Notes: generated by a model not told the origin, from the letters alone. A stretch of DNA of 63,207 nt, filler included, from Octopus bimaculoides (GCF_001194135.2; 8 parts of 8 records of this genome joined end to end with filler, not necessarily neighbours in it); one strand, 5' to 3'; shown: positions 1 through 12,570, numbered from the whole stretch's first letter. Made by a program: numbers and translations.

Positions 1-228
1 GTATAATAAAAAAATATTCAGACAAATACATAACAAAAACACCAGGACTTACAAATATATATAACATACAGAAAATTGCACTACTGGGTACTGCACACAT
101 TCTACGCAAAACACTTTCAATACAGTAAACATAAGAGCACCACAGCAAACCACAGCACATACCCAAGGTGCACAGAGCTGCGCTCGGGAGTGAAGTGAAA
201 GCACGTTATAAAAATAAAACTACTGAAC

Positions 229-260
<32 letters not shown>

Positions 261-285
261 TAATAGTAATGATAATAATAATGAT
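1..285 (+). mobile_element. 3' end of an R4/Dong-like non-LTR retrotransposon with (TAA)n tail
   Basis: Frame from position 3 reads ...NIQKIALLGTAHILRKTLSIQ* (stop at 126-128), matching the R4-type C-terminus as I recall it; followed by a short UTR and TAA/TGA repeats at about 230-285. Confidence 0.65.
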
Positions 286-882
286 AATCCTTTCTACTAA
301 AGGCACAAGGCCTGAAATTTTGGGGGAGGAGCTAAGTCAGTTACATCGACCCCAGCACTCAACTGGTACTTAATTTATTGACTCCCAAAAAATGAAAGGT
401 AAAGTTGACCATGGTGGTGTAGTAACGCCGTGCGCATGCGTATATCTCACGCATGCGTGGAATTCAACAACCAAGCTTTCCCGCTTTGATCGATCTCTTT
501 CTTGCTGTCCAGCGATTGAGCAAGGACATGTCTAGCTGTCTCTCCATCTTTCGAACTCACACTAGACAGCTCACATCAATATACCAACGTCCCAACAACC
601 ATGTTCTCACACACCGAAGACGTCTCAACAAACAAGATTAAAGATGTATATTTTCCACCAGGAATAAATGTTGTTTGTGTTCATAGTCTGGAGTTCAGCG
701 TTGCCATTAATTCCTTAATTTAATATAGGAAAGTCAGGTGTACATCTAATGATGTATAACCCACTTCTCTATAGTGGAATTTGAAATCAGAACGTAAAGA
801 CAGATGAAATGCAGCTAAGCATCTTGCCTGGCATAATAACAATTCTACCAGCTCACCGCCTTAATAATAATGATAATGATTA

Positions 883-1270
883 TTGATCAATAAAGCCATA
901 ACTGAAGACAGCCGCAGAAAGAAGAAAGGCCTCAGTATGGCCTGGGTGGACTACCAAAAGGCTTTCGATAGTGTTCCCCACACGTGGATTCTGGAAACAC
1001 TAGCCATAAACAAAGTGGCACCAATTATCATAAAACACATAGAGCACTCAATGAACAAATGGCAGACAGTGCTACAGCTCCAAACAAAAGAGGGACTTGT
1101 GAAAACGAAAGCCATCCCCATTAGAAGAGGAATATTCCAGGGAGACACGCTCTCTCCACTCCTGTTCTGCCTGGCACTCACACCTTTAACTGAATTGCTA
1201 AATAGAACTGGATGTGGTTACAAATGTTATGGGAAAACAGTCAGCCACCTTTTATATATGGATGACCTAA
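883..1270 (+). mobile_element. Reverse transcriptase fragment of an R4/Dong-like LINE (cut by gap)
   Basis: WVDYQKAFDSVPH, RRGIFQGDTLSPLLF and SHLLYMDDL RT motifs; 5'-truncated next to TAA repeats. Confidence 0.85.
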
Positions 1271-1477
1271 ANNNNNNNNNNNNNNNNNNNNNNNNNNNNN
1301 NNNNNNNNNNNNNNNNNNNNNNNNNNNNNNNNNNNNNNNNNNNNNNNNNNNNNNNNNNNNNNNNNNNNNNNNNNNNNNNNNNNNNNNNNNNNNNNNNNNN
1401 NNNNNNNNNNNNNNNNNNNNNNNNNNNNNNNNNNNNNNNNNNNAAATTAGTTAAAAGTAGCAACATCACACTAGATA

Positions 1478-1845
1478 AACCTGTAAAAGTATAGGACAAG
1501 CTATTATTTCTAGTAAAGTAAAGAATAAGAAACTTTTTACTTAAAATATTGCTGCAAAGAATGCCAGTTCTTCTAATTTATCACTCTTTACAGTTCTCAT
1601 CTTTGAAATTTATTGTACAAAACTTTTCAGCTAATTTGTAAGTTTGTCTAATTAGTCACTTTTTTCTGTATTTAAGGTAGTAAATTAGCCATATTGAACA
1701 AGTATAGTGTTATTTGTAAACAATAATAAAATAATTTTTAATATTCAAATTTTAATTTTAAATTTTAGCTGCAATATTTTAAGTAAAAAGTTTCTTATTC
1801 TTTTCTTTACTAAAAGTAATGACTTGTCCTGTACTTTTCCAGGTT
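1478..1845. mobile_element. MITE with ~80-bp terminal inverted repeats, flanked by TA
   Basis: Left AACCTGTAAAAGTATAGGACAAG...AAGAATAAGAAACTTTTTACTTAAAATATTGC is the reverse complement of the right end ...GCAATATTTTAAGTAAAAAGTTTCTTATTCTT...CTTGTCCTGTACTTTTCCAGGTT; TA at 1476-77 and 1846-47. Confidence 0.8.
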
Positions 1846-2212
1846 TATAATCTTAATAGTATTACTTTTCATGCTTGCATTTTTCCATGTAATCCATGAT
1901 TTTCCCAGGCATTGCTGTTATAAGATAATTAATAATGTGTCAATTAATAATTTAATTATAAAATACTGAAAGATAATATTTCAATTTTTCCATGTAAATG
2001 ATGATGATATTTCAATTTTTTTCATGTTTAATTTAAATATATGTTGTGATTCAATCATTTGATATCCACATCAAATTAATAGCAGGGATTTTTACCTTCT
2101 TGTGGTTGCACCTGGCTCACCAAAAGTTACAAACAACAAGACCCCAAAACTATCAGTTACTAGGCTCACCTAGATTTGAGTTGGCAATAATAGCACTGAC
2201 TGCTGCTAATCT

Positions 2213-2372
2213 GGATCATCATCATCATCATCATCATCATCATTGTTTAACGTCCGCTTTCCATGCTAGCATGGGTTGGATGATTTGACTGAGGACAGGT
2301 GAACCAGAAGGCTGCACCAGGCTCCAATCTGATCTGGCAGAGTTTCTACAGCTGGATGCCTTTCCTAACGCC
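2213..2372 (-). mobile_element. 3' tail fragment of RTE LINE
   Basis: (CAT)n-GTTTAACGTCCGCTTTCCATGCTAGCATGGGTTGGA, same as the 3' end of the RTE at 3531. Confidence 0.75.
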
Positions 2373-3530
2373 ACAGATATACACAAGTTAAAATTACGTA
2401 CATCCCATTAATATAAATTTGAAAAATCGCTTTTAATTAATTTTGAAATTTAAAAAGTAAATTTGGAATATAAGCACTTTTAACCAGTGCCTTTTCTGGA
2501 CAGCCTTACTACATGCCTTCAGGTCTGCCCATAGAGACACGGCCAAAAATGATTATATTCCTGCCCCAATAAATTTAGATGCATATATCTGAAGCATCTA
2601 ATATATTAATGAACTAGCCTGATTAAATAATTAACTAAAAAGAAAAGGAAAAGCAAAAATAGCAGAAAGCAAATTAATTAAAGCTAAAAGAGAAAATTAA
2701 TAATAAAGTTAAACTTACTCTAATTCAACAGCATATTAAAAATAACATTATTAAAAAAATGAAATATATGAAAGGTAAAGTCAACCTCAGTGAAATTTGA
2801 ACTCAGAACAAAAAGACAGATGAACTACCACTATGCATTTTGCCCAGCGCACTAACATTTCTGCCAATTCACTGCTTTAGAATGTAAGCATTCATTTTAG
2901 GAATATATTCTTATCTTAACATTATTGGGGCGTTACTTCTTACTTCCTCACTTACTGACAATAAATTTCATCACATTTCTCCTCATAATATTTTTCTACT
3001 AATTTTTGTTCAATGTGACTAACGATTCTGAATTTGTCATGCATTTTTCTATCATTTAAGCCTAAGAAAAGTATACTTTTATTTGAAAACAAAAAGAATT
3101 ATGTTAATTGAAGATGAATAGGTGCCTTACTGCCCACTTTTAGACCTGATATATTTTAATGTAACTTTTTACTACTAAACCAAATCTCAAACTATTTATG
3201 CCAAAGTGTAGCTGAGGATGTGTCCTCTTTGAAACTGTTAACAGTTTGCAATTTAGTTGAGAACTGAATTAGTGGTGAAGCTTGGAAGCTGCTGCAATTG
3301 GTGAATTGGTGGACTTAAGAATATATTCAACCACTACCGTGGTTGAATTATATATANNNNNNNNNNNNNNNNNNNNNNNNNNNNNNNNNNNNNNNNNNNN
3401 NNNNNNNNNNNNNNNNNNNNNNNNTATATATATTTATTTATTTATTCATAATTGGGATAAAGTCATTATCTAATAATTTATCAGTGGCCAGTGTACCAAC
3501 AAAATCATATTGGTTAATTTATATTTAAGT

Positions 3531-5760
3531 CATCATCATCATCATCATCATCATTTAACGTCTGCTTTCCATGCTAGCATGGGTTGGATGATTTGACTGG
3601 GGACTGTCGAACCGGATGACTACACCAGACTCCAATCTGTTTTGGCAGAGTTTCTACAGCTGGATGCCCTTCCTAACGCCAACCACTCCGAGAGTGTAGT
3701 GGGTGCTTTTTACGTGCCACTGGCACGAGGGCCAGTCCAGCAGTACAGGCAACAGCCATGCTCAAATGGTGTCTTTTATGTGCCACCTGCACAGGAGTTA
3801 GTCCAATGTTTTGTTCACATGCCACCGGCACAAGTGCCAGTAAGGTGAAGATGGAAACGATCATGCTCAAATGGTGCTTTTTACATGCCACCGGCACAGA
3901 AGCGAGACAGCTGCTCTGGCAGTGATCCTGCTTGGATAGTGCTGTTAGTGCTCCACTGGCACAGGTGCCAGTCATCGAATTTGGTTCAGTTTCAATCGAT
4001 CTCACTTGCCCCAACAGGTCTTCACAAGCTGAGTTTAGTGTCCAATGAAGGAAGGTTGGCATGGGTGCCAGTCATCAAATTTGGTTCAATTTTGATTTCA
4101 CTTGCCTTAACAGGTCTTCGCAAGTAAGGTTTTGTGTCAAAAGAAGGAAAAGTATGCATAAGTAGGCTGGCTACACCCCTGGTAAAGGCCACGGGTTATG
4201 GTTTCACTTGTCTTGCCGGATCTTCTCATGTACAGCATATTTCCAAAGGTCTCGGTCACTAGTCATTGCCTTGGTGAGGCCTAATGTTCGAAAGTTGTGC
4301 TTCACCACCTCATCTCAGGTTTTCCTGGCTCTACCTCTTCCACAGGTACCCTCAACCGCTAGGCTGTGGCAATTTTTTACACAGCTATCCTCATTCATTC
4401 GTACTACATGACCATACCAGCGCAATCGTCTCTCTTAGACACCACAACTGATGCTTCTTAGGTCCAACTTTTCTCTCAAGGTATTTACACTCTGTCTAGT
4501 ATGCACACTGGCATTACACATCCATCGGAGCATACTGGCTTCATTCCTTGCAAGCTTACACATGTCCTCAGCAGTTACGGCCCATGTTTCACTGCCATGT
4601 AGCATGGTTGTTCGTACGCATGCGTCATACAGTCTGCCTTTTACTCTGAGAGAGAGGCCCTTTGTCACCAGCAGAGGTAAGAGCTCTCTGAACTTTTCCC
4701 AGGCTATTCTTATTCTAGCAACTACACTTTTAGTGCACCCTCCCCCACTACTGACTTGGTCACCTAGGTAACGGAAGCTGTCAACTACTTCTAGATTTTC
4801 TCCCTGGAATGTGGCAGAAGTTGTTCTCTGCACATTTTCAGTGTTTATTGCTCCTGAGCATCTGCCACAGACAAAAACTATCTTGCTAGTTAGCCTTCCT
4901 TTGATATTGCTGCACCTCTTATGTGTCCATAGCTTACACTGGGNNNNNNNNNNNNNNNNNNNNNNNNNNNNNNNNNNNNNNNNNNNNNNNNNNNNNNNNN
5001 NNNNNNNNNNNNNNNNNNNNNNNNNNNNNNNNNNNNNNNNNNNNNNNNNNNNNNNNNNNNNNNNNNNNNNNNNNNNNNNNNNNNNNNNNNNNNNNNNNNN
5101 NNNNNCTGTGATCACCTGGAGGACTATGATAAATAAGAGGGGGCTGAGGACGGAACCTTGGTGGACCCCTACCTCTACCCGGAATTCTTCACTGTACTCG
5201 TTGCCAACCCTCACCTTACTGACAACATCCCTGTACATGGCTCGCACAGCTCTCACTAACCATTCATCTATCCCTAGTTTCCTCATTGATCACTAGATAA
5301 GGGATCGGGAGACCCTGTCAAAAGCTTTCTCCATGTCAACGAAAGCCAGGTACAGAGGTTTATCTTTGGCTAGGTATTTCTCCTGTAGCTGTCTTACCAG
5401 AAATATAGCATCAGTGGTGCTTTTCCCTGACACCAACCCAAACTACATCTCATCTAAGCTGACTCTCTCCCTAATTAATTGGGCTATGACCCTCTCTGTG
5501 ACCTTCATTACCTGATCCAACAGCTTGATACCTCTGTAATTATTTGTATCTAAAGCGTCACCTTTACCTTTGTAGCAATTGACTATGGAGCTGCTACACC
5601 AGTCATTGGGTATGACTCCTTCGTGTATCACCTGGTTAACTCTATGGGTGACAAGGCTATAGCTGACACTGTCAGATATTTTGAGCATCTCTGCACTGAT
5701 TCCCGATGGGCCGGGGGCTTTCCCTGTCTTCATACTCTTGATTGCTTTATCTACCAAGGT
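3531..5760 (-). mobile_element. 5'-truncated, decayed RTE-clade LINE (RT, 3'UTR, (ATG)n tail)
   Basis: GKAPGPSG, NYRGIKLL, AFVDMEKAFDRVP, GVHQGSVLSPLLF, LHGSETW motifs with in-frame stops; the 3'UTR has GTGCCACCGGCAC-type repeats and ends in an (ATG)n tail. Confidence 0.9.
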
Positions 5761-5764
5761 ACTG

Positions 5765-6762
5765 TCAATTAGGATACTCCATCTAAATTATCAAATGTTT
5801 TTTCTTGCAATGTATCTGTAGAGACAAAAACAAATAGTAGTCAGATGGTGCAATATCAGGAGAGTATGGTGGATGGGGTAAGAGATTCTTTGCTGTTGGC
5901 AATTTCCAGCCTTAATTCTTTGATTTTTTGGTTCAAATTAGCTGGCTGATGACAGTACACATCAGAATTAATGGTTTGGTTTTGTGGGAAAAGCTCATAA
6001 AAAATAATGCCACCAAACACAGAGCATAGCTTTTTTGATATGGATATTCATCCTTGGTTGCTATTTTGGGGGATCCTTATGTCAACTCCAGGATCTTTTT
6101 TGCACTATGTTTTTGTACACAATCCATTTCTCATCTCCAGTCACCATCTGTTTCAAAAAAGGCATGCTTTCATTCCGTTTCAAAATCATATCACAAACGG
6201 AATACCAGTCCAAGCAATTCTTTTCTGGGAGTTTGTGAGAGACCCATACATTATAGGGAGAAATGTGTCTTAGGTGCATTAGGTACACATGAGCTGTACT
6301 TTTAGAAACTTCCAACTCCTCTGCAAGTTCTATAGTCATGACATTTGAGTTCTCTTTGATTTTTGCCTTCAAAATATCTTCATCCAATGTGAAAGGTCTG
6401 CCATTGCGACTGTCTTCTTCCAAGCTAAATTCTTCAGCTTTAAGTTTTGCAAACCACCTTCGAATAGTTGATTTACCTACAACATCATCACCATAAACTT
6501 CACAAATGTTTTTGTAAGTCTTTGCAACATTTTTTCCTTTTTTAAAAAAAAGAAAAGCATTAAAATGCGAATATGAAATTTTTGGTTATCCATTTCAAAT
6601 ATCAATAAAGGGTAAATCTATTTTTAGTCAAGAATAAAGATGAGATGCACTACCATTTCAAGCAAAGGTAAAGCTTTAACTGTGTTACGTTTCAGGTGTG
6701 TTCGATGAAGCATTTATGATTTAGCTTAAAAACGGTCAGAACTTTCCAAACAATCTAATTAA
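5765..6762 (-). mobile_element. Decayed mariner transposon with internal deletion
   Basis: From ATG at about 6593: GKNVAKTYKNICEVYGDD, IRRWFAKL, GRP, WVSHKL (WVPHEL motif), VTGDEKW, MLCVWW, PHPPYSPDIAPSDYYL; TIR-like TA-TTAGATTGTTTGGAAAG near 6762. Confidence 0.9.
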
Positions 6763-7330
6763 TANNNNNNNNNNNNNNNNNNNNNNNNNNNNNNNNNNNN
6801 NNNNNNNNNNNNNNNNNNNNNNNNNNNNNNNNNNNNNNNNNNNNNNNNNNNNNNNNNNNNNNNNNNNNNNNNNNNNNNNNNNNNNNNNNNNNNNNNNNNN
6901 NNNNNNNNNNNNNNNNNNNNNNNNNNNNNNNNNNNNNNNNNNNNNNNNNNNNNNNNNNNNNNNNNNNNNNNNNNNNNNNNNNNNNNNNNNNNNNNNNNNN
7001 NNNNNNNNNNNNNNNNNNNNNNNNNNNNNNNNNNNNNNNNNNNNNNNNNNNNNNNNNNNNNNNNNNNNNNNNNNNNATGAACAACAGGACAATGTTTGTG
7101 GGTCAGGTACTGTATTCTCCTGTACATAGAAATGAAACAATTACAAAATTGTGTAGTTGCCTTACTGTAGCTTGCTCTATAGGTGGAATGCTTGGCGCTT
7201 ATACTCGGTGCTTATAGTAAAACACCATTTAATAGCGAGCACTACACATCTGTTGATGGGTGCTACATCACAATTACTAAAATGTATGCACAGGATATGC
7301 TGCAAGCCTGCATACATCTTCAAGCACAAT

Positions 7331-7682
7331 AAACACATGCATCATACACTCGTTGTTTACATGGTGAGAAACGTGTTTCACAGACAGCACTATTGGCAAA
7401 CACTAATAAACGCCACTGTCTGAATTCGTACATGACCTTGGAAAGCCTAAAAACATTCACTTTATCGCTAGATCAGTGGTTCCCACGTGACCTTTATATT
7501 TTCCCTCATCTCCAAATACAAAAAACACATGTGTCATACGCTCATCTGTTTACATGGTGAGAAACGTGTTTCACAGACAGCACTATCAGCAAACACCATT
7601 GTATGAATTTTTACAGAGGCATGACTTCGGTAAGCCTAAAAACATTTAGTCAATCGCTAGATCAGTGGTTCCCATGCGACCT
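7331..7682. repeat. Two diverged direct copies of a ~160-bp unit
   Basis: 7331-7493 and 7523-7682 share TGTTTACATGGTGAGAAACGTGTTTCACAGACAGCACTAT and CGCTAGATCAGTGGTTCCCA. Confidence 0.85.
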
Positions 7683-8006
7683 CACATGACACGCTTTAGA
7701 ATTCTTAGTCAATTGTATATACCTTCTTGATAGGCCGTTCTGTATATCTGTATTTTTATTCGCATATATATTTTTACCTTCTGTGTTTTTTATACATGTA
7801 TTCTTCATATGTTTGGAGGTGTGGTGTTATATATATAAAGTTGTTGACTCGAATTTAATGTTTGTTCTCTGATCAATGTGTTTTTCTTATCTCCAACTCA
7901 ATTACATTTGAGCATTTCTTTTTTGCAGTCTTATTAACCCTTTTGTCTCCATAAAAAAAGGCAAAAATTATTTCATGTCGTATATATATATATATATATA
8001 TATATA

Positions 8007-8902
8007 TCTTTGGATCAGAAGTGACTTAATGCCATTCAAGATCACCCAACAGACCAATTCATTTATAACTTTCGTTCTCGTCCTAGGAAATATCGATTCT
8101 AAGTCGAGGAACAGATAACTCCGTTGAAAATAGTTTAAAAGTGATTTCCCTCAATGAATGAAGGGAAATAACTAAAATGAATTATTTCCCTTAAGTACGA
8201 AGGGAAACTTAAAAAATTACTTCCCCTAACTTTTAAAGGGAAATAACTNNNNNNNNNNNNNNNNNNNNNNNNNNNNNNNNNNNNNNNNNNNNNNNNNNNN
8301 NNNNNNNNNNNNNNNNNNNNNNNNNNNNNNNNNNNNNNNNNNNNNNNNNNNNNNNNNNNNNNNNNNNNNNNNNNNNNNNNNNNNNNNNNNNNNNNNNNNN
8401 NNNNNNNNNNNNNNNNNNNNNNNNNNNNNNNNNNNNNNNNNNNNNNNTATATATGTTAATTCTCTAAATGAAGTATTAACAGTAACTGCACGATAAAGTG
8501 TAGTATATTGCCACTTAAGTGTGGCTGACCCCTAGGGGTGGATGTTACTGTTGCTTTTAGCCCCAGGAGGACATCTCCTCCAGCTGGCTTATCGACACAC
8601 GACTGTGTCCTGTTTGCCAAGGGAAGGTATCCCATATATATATATATATATATATATATATCTTTGGATCAGAAGTGACTTAATGCCATTCAAGATCACC
8701 CAACAGACCAATTCATTTATAACTTTCGTTCTCGTCCTAGGAAATATCGATTCTAAGTCGAGGAACAGATAACTCCGTTGAAAATAGTTTAAAAGTGATT
8801 TCCCTCAATGAATGAAGGGAAATAACTAAAATGAATTATTTCCCTTAAGTACGAAGGGAAACTTAAAAAATTACTTCCCCTAACTTTTAAAGGGAAATAA
8901 CT
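8007..8902. repeat. Apparently identical 242-bp duplicate on either side of a gap
   Basis: 8007-8248 matches 8661-8902 by eye; each copy follows a (TA)n tract with different upstream sequence. Confidence 0.9.
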
Positions 8903-8983
8903 ATTACTTAGGAAATAACTATTCCTTAAAGGGGATAACTTTAAGAGTTATTTCCCTTGGCCTTCTAAGGGAAATAACTTAAG
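8798..8983. repeat. Array of ~5 short palindromic units (TTATTTCCCTT...AAGGGAAATAAC)
   Basis: About 37-bp periodicity of inverted motifs with variable loops; best unit GTTATTTCCCTT-GGCCTTCT-AAGGGAAATAAC. Confidence 0.75.
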
Positions 8984-9551
8984 AAAGCCGATATTACGTA
9001 TGTTATTGTAAAATCAATACAAAGCGTTACCGTCTGCAATGCGATCTTGATTTTGGGGCCTAATTGTTTTAAAATTCATATTGTCATGTATAATACATCA
9101 CTGCATGAATAGATAACATCTAGGTTTCAAATTTTGGCACAAGGCCAGCAATATTAGAGGAGCGTGTAAGTCGATTACATTGACCCCAGCGTTTCATTGG
9201 TACGTATTTGATCGACCCAGAAGAAATGGAAAGCAAATTCAGTTTCAGTGAAATTTGAACTCAGAACGTAAAGACGGACGAAGCACGCTAATAGATAATA
9301 TATTAAAACTTTTAGTTTTAAGTATTTCAGCTTATAAAAAATAAATTTATATACAATAAAAATGATATGAATTATTTATTAAATTACCTATAAATAATCA
9401 TAAATAAAAGAAGATACCGCAAGAGTTTATTAATTATTAAGTCGTTGTCCGTCGCTACACTGTCAATAAAAATATTTGTTAACCATATACCTACCTTTCA
9501 GAGTGAAAATACTCATTTAAAAAAATCTGTTATGTTGAACACACACACACA

Positions 9552-9594
<43 letters not shown>

Positions 9595-9614
9595 GCACAC
9601 ACGAACAACAAAAA

Positions 9615-9652
<38 letters not shown>

Positions 9653-10769
9653 CTCATATATATTTATAAACATAATTAAGGGATCAGCAAATATTTGCTT
9701 CACCATATACCGAAGTTCAGAAATAGCAGCTAAAAAAGTTGAGAATCCCACAGATAGCATCACTTGTAACTCACAAAGGCAAAGTGATGNNNNNNNNNNN
9801 NNNNNNNNNNNNNNNNNNNNNNNNNNNNNNNNNNNNNNNNNNNNNNNNNNNNNNNNNNNNNNNNNNNNNNNNNNNNNNNNNNNNNNNNNNNNNNNNNNNN
9901 NNNNNNNNNNNNNNNNNNNNNNNNNNNNNNNNNNNNNNNNNNNNNNNNNNNNNNNNNNNNNNNNNNNNNNNNNNNNNNNNNNNNNNNNNNNNNNNNNNNN
10001 NNNNNNNNNNNNNNNNNNNNNNNNNNNNNNNNNNNNNNNNNNNNNNNNNNNNNNNNNNNNNNNNNNNNNNNNNNNNNNNNNNNNNNNNNNNNNNNNNNNN
10101 NNNNNNNNNNNNNNNNNNNNNNNNNNNNNNNNNNNNNNNNNNNNNNNNNNNNNNNNNNNNNNNNNNNNNNNNNNNNNNNNNNNNNNNNNNNNNNNNNNNN
10201 NNNNNNNNNNNNNNNNNNNNNNNNNNNNNNNNNNNNNNNNNNNNNNNNNNNNNATATTCGCTGCTTCCTTCCAAGGAATCTAGTGCTCTTAGCTTAGATT
10301 TTCCTTTGGGGGCCATATTGGAGCAGTCTCGAGTATAACCAGCCGAAATTGCAAAGATAATCTGGAACTCGTCTGACGAAAGAAAACTCCGCAATTGCAG
10401 CGTGGAAGGTGTTTATAAGCCATTTAAAATAACACACAAAATCCGTTAGATTCACTTCAACATTTAAATTTAATTTGTCAAAATATTTTCGTCGCTTTGA
10501 GACCGCGACCTGTTCACTGAGAAAAAGTAATTTTAAAATACAAGGAATACCTCGACTAACGTCATTTCGAGTTGCTTTTTTGACTAACGTCGTTTCGAGT
10601 TGCTTTTAAAACCTCAACTTCAGTCGATTTATCCGACCTTAAGTTGGCCTCAAAGAACATTTAAAAGCATAAAGATAATAGCAATAAAAATAAAATAAAA
10701 TAGATGTGAAAAATATGTACAAATCATTTATTAAAATAGATACAAGCTAATAAATTTTTTTTAAATGTG

Positions 10770-11458
10770 TTATCATGTTACGTCGTTTCTCGAGTTAAGT
10801 GGTATTCTTGGCACAAATGACCGACTGAGTTACTGTATGTATATCTATTCATATCTGTACTGTTGCAAAATGCTGCCCCTTGACACGAACACGGCTCCAA
10901 CGACCAAGTCAGCTGCTGAGAAACCGCAGGCCACCCCAGCAAGCCAACTTGCTTAGAGAGGAAGAAGTAGTCGTAGCCGACTGCATGTTTCTTTTTTTGT
11001 AATGTGGTTCTTCGTCGCCCGGTTTCACTTCGACTGGTCGCTTTACATCTTTACACCGACTGTCTTCGTTGCCAGCTTCATGCTCACTGTTCCTTTACGC
11101 TGTCAACTGACACGCCGCAGTCTTTATGTTGCTTAGAGAAAATGGTGTACCCATGCAGGTTTGCCGAGAAATCCTGTAGGTTCCTAATTGGATAGCGATC
11201 TGCTATCGTCACGGCATTAAGTCGCCGATAGTCCCCTACCGGGCGAAAATCCGTGTCCCCTTTACGGGCCAAATGAAGAGGAGATGCCCATGGGCTGGTG
11301 GAGGGGCGAATGAGGCCGAGTTGAAGCATGTGTTCAAACTCGGCCTTGGCCGTCTTAAGACGGTCAGGCGCTAGACGACGTGGGCGCGAAAAAACGGGTG
11401 GTCCAGTCGTCTTGATGTAAGGGAGGGTGGAATGCGCGGGCTTCGCCGGTTTGAAAGT
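10770..11458 (-). mobile_element. Ty3/gypsy LTR retrotransposon RT fragment, possibly followed by an LTR remnant
   Basis: GPPVFSRPRRL...LIRPSTSPWASPLHL...RPVGDYRRLNAVTIADRYPIRNLQDF...FSK; the reading frame then breaks off. The LTR boundary is tentative. Confidence 0.85.
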
Positions 11459-11502
11459 NNNNNNNNNNNNNNNNNNNNNNNNNNNNNNNNNNNNNNNNNN
11501 NN

Positions 11503-11514
11503 TTAATTAATTAA
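11503..11514. other. Artificial assembly spacer TTAATTAATTAA in 44 N + 12 + 44 N (also 20504, 31775, 44651, 51979, 59846, 62142)
   Basis: Seven identical 100-bp cassettes; the palindrome has stop codons in all six frames. Confidence 0.95.
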
Positions 11515-11558
11515 NNNNNNNNNNNNNNNNNNNNNNNNNNNNNNNNNNNNNNNNNNNN

Positions 11559-11604
<46 letters not shown>

Positions 11605-11922
11605 AAAAAAGAAATGGAGACAGAGAGAAAGAGTGGAGAAAAATATAGAGTAATAGTGGAGATAGGGTTAACAGAGGCACAAGCATATTCAGGGAATATC
11701 TTTTTACAATAAAGTAAATAATGTGCAATGGGCTCCGTGGATGTATCAAGGGTTGAACAGAAAGAATACAAGGAGAAAAGTTAGATGAAAGAAGAGCAAA
11801 CGGAAAACTAGACGAAAACTAAACGGACAGGAAATTAGACAACGACATGATACACAGAATATTCGCAGCTAAGTTTACCTCCTCAGTCAAAGACGCAAAA
11901 TATCATTGCAATTTCACGCTGA

Positions 11923-12366
11923 ATTTCGAGACGGTCATGTTTTTTTTTGCTAAATAAACACACGCACTATATATTGGTTCTTTACTCGTTTATTACCGTT
12001 CTTATTATAGCTGATGTTCATTGTCCGGAAATCTTTCGTCACACACCTGTGACCCCTTCAACGACTATCTCCGTCCTCGTGTGTGCTCTTGCTCCACTTG
12101 TACTAAGCGAAGCAAGAGCACACACAAGGGCGGGCAAGAGCACGCACAGTGACACATTCCGTCCTCGTACGTGCTGTTGCTCCGCTTCGACTAAGCGGAG
12201 CAAGAGCAAACACGAGGATGGAAAGTGTCACTGAGGGGGGTCACAGCTGTGTCACGAAAGATTTCCGGAGAATGGGCTTGTTTTAGAATAAGAAGAGTAA
12301 TAAATCATTGAGGAACGAATATATAGTGCGTGTGTTTATTAGGCCAAACAATGACCGTCACGAAAT
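11923..12366. mobile_element. Foldback/MITE with ~150-bp TIRs and two internal hairpins
   Basis: Left GACGGTCAT...AATAAACACACGCACTATATATT...CCGGAAATCTTTCGTCACAC mirrored at the right end; internal hairpins at 12071-12133 and 12147-12233. Confidence 0.85.
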
Positions 12367-12570
12367 ACAACATCTTTTTCAATACATGGTTTCACATCAG
12401 GAATCTTGCAACACAAATTCAAAGACGCATATAAACATATGGCAACATGTGGTCGTGAAACTTTTATGATATTTCCATTCCATAAACTTTACAAGCTGAA
12501 TGAAATTGAGAGAAAACGCAAAGAAAAGGACTTTATTAAGAAATTCAAACCCACTCTTAACAAACAATGA
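12367..12570 (+). mobile_element. Penelope-like element, C-terminal GIY-YIG fragment
   Basis: Frame ...YKHMATCGRETFMIFPFHKLYKLNEIERKRKEKDFIKKFKPTLNKQ* resembles PLE endonuclease ends. Confidence 0.65.

Noticed and set aside
5822-5877. Plus-strand exon with AG/GT ends
   Set aside because: The opposite strand is the mariner PHPPYSPDIAPSDY motif.
8007-8902. Recent segmental duplication
   Set aside because: The copies look identical, flank a gap and start at (TA)n, so an assembly or haplotype artefact is more likely.
8798-8983. CRISPR array
   Set aside because: Eukaryotic context, spacers only 7-10 nt, degenerate repeats and no cas genes.
10345-10410. CTGACGA hammerhead-like core (related sequence on the minus strand near 11885)
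   Set aside because: No GAAA or stem III in either copy; only a family consensus could rescue it.
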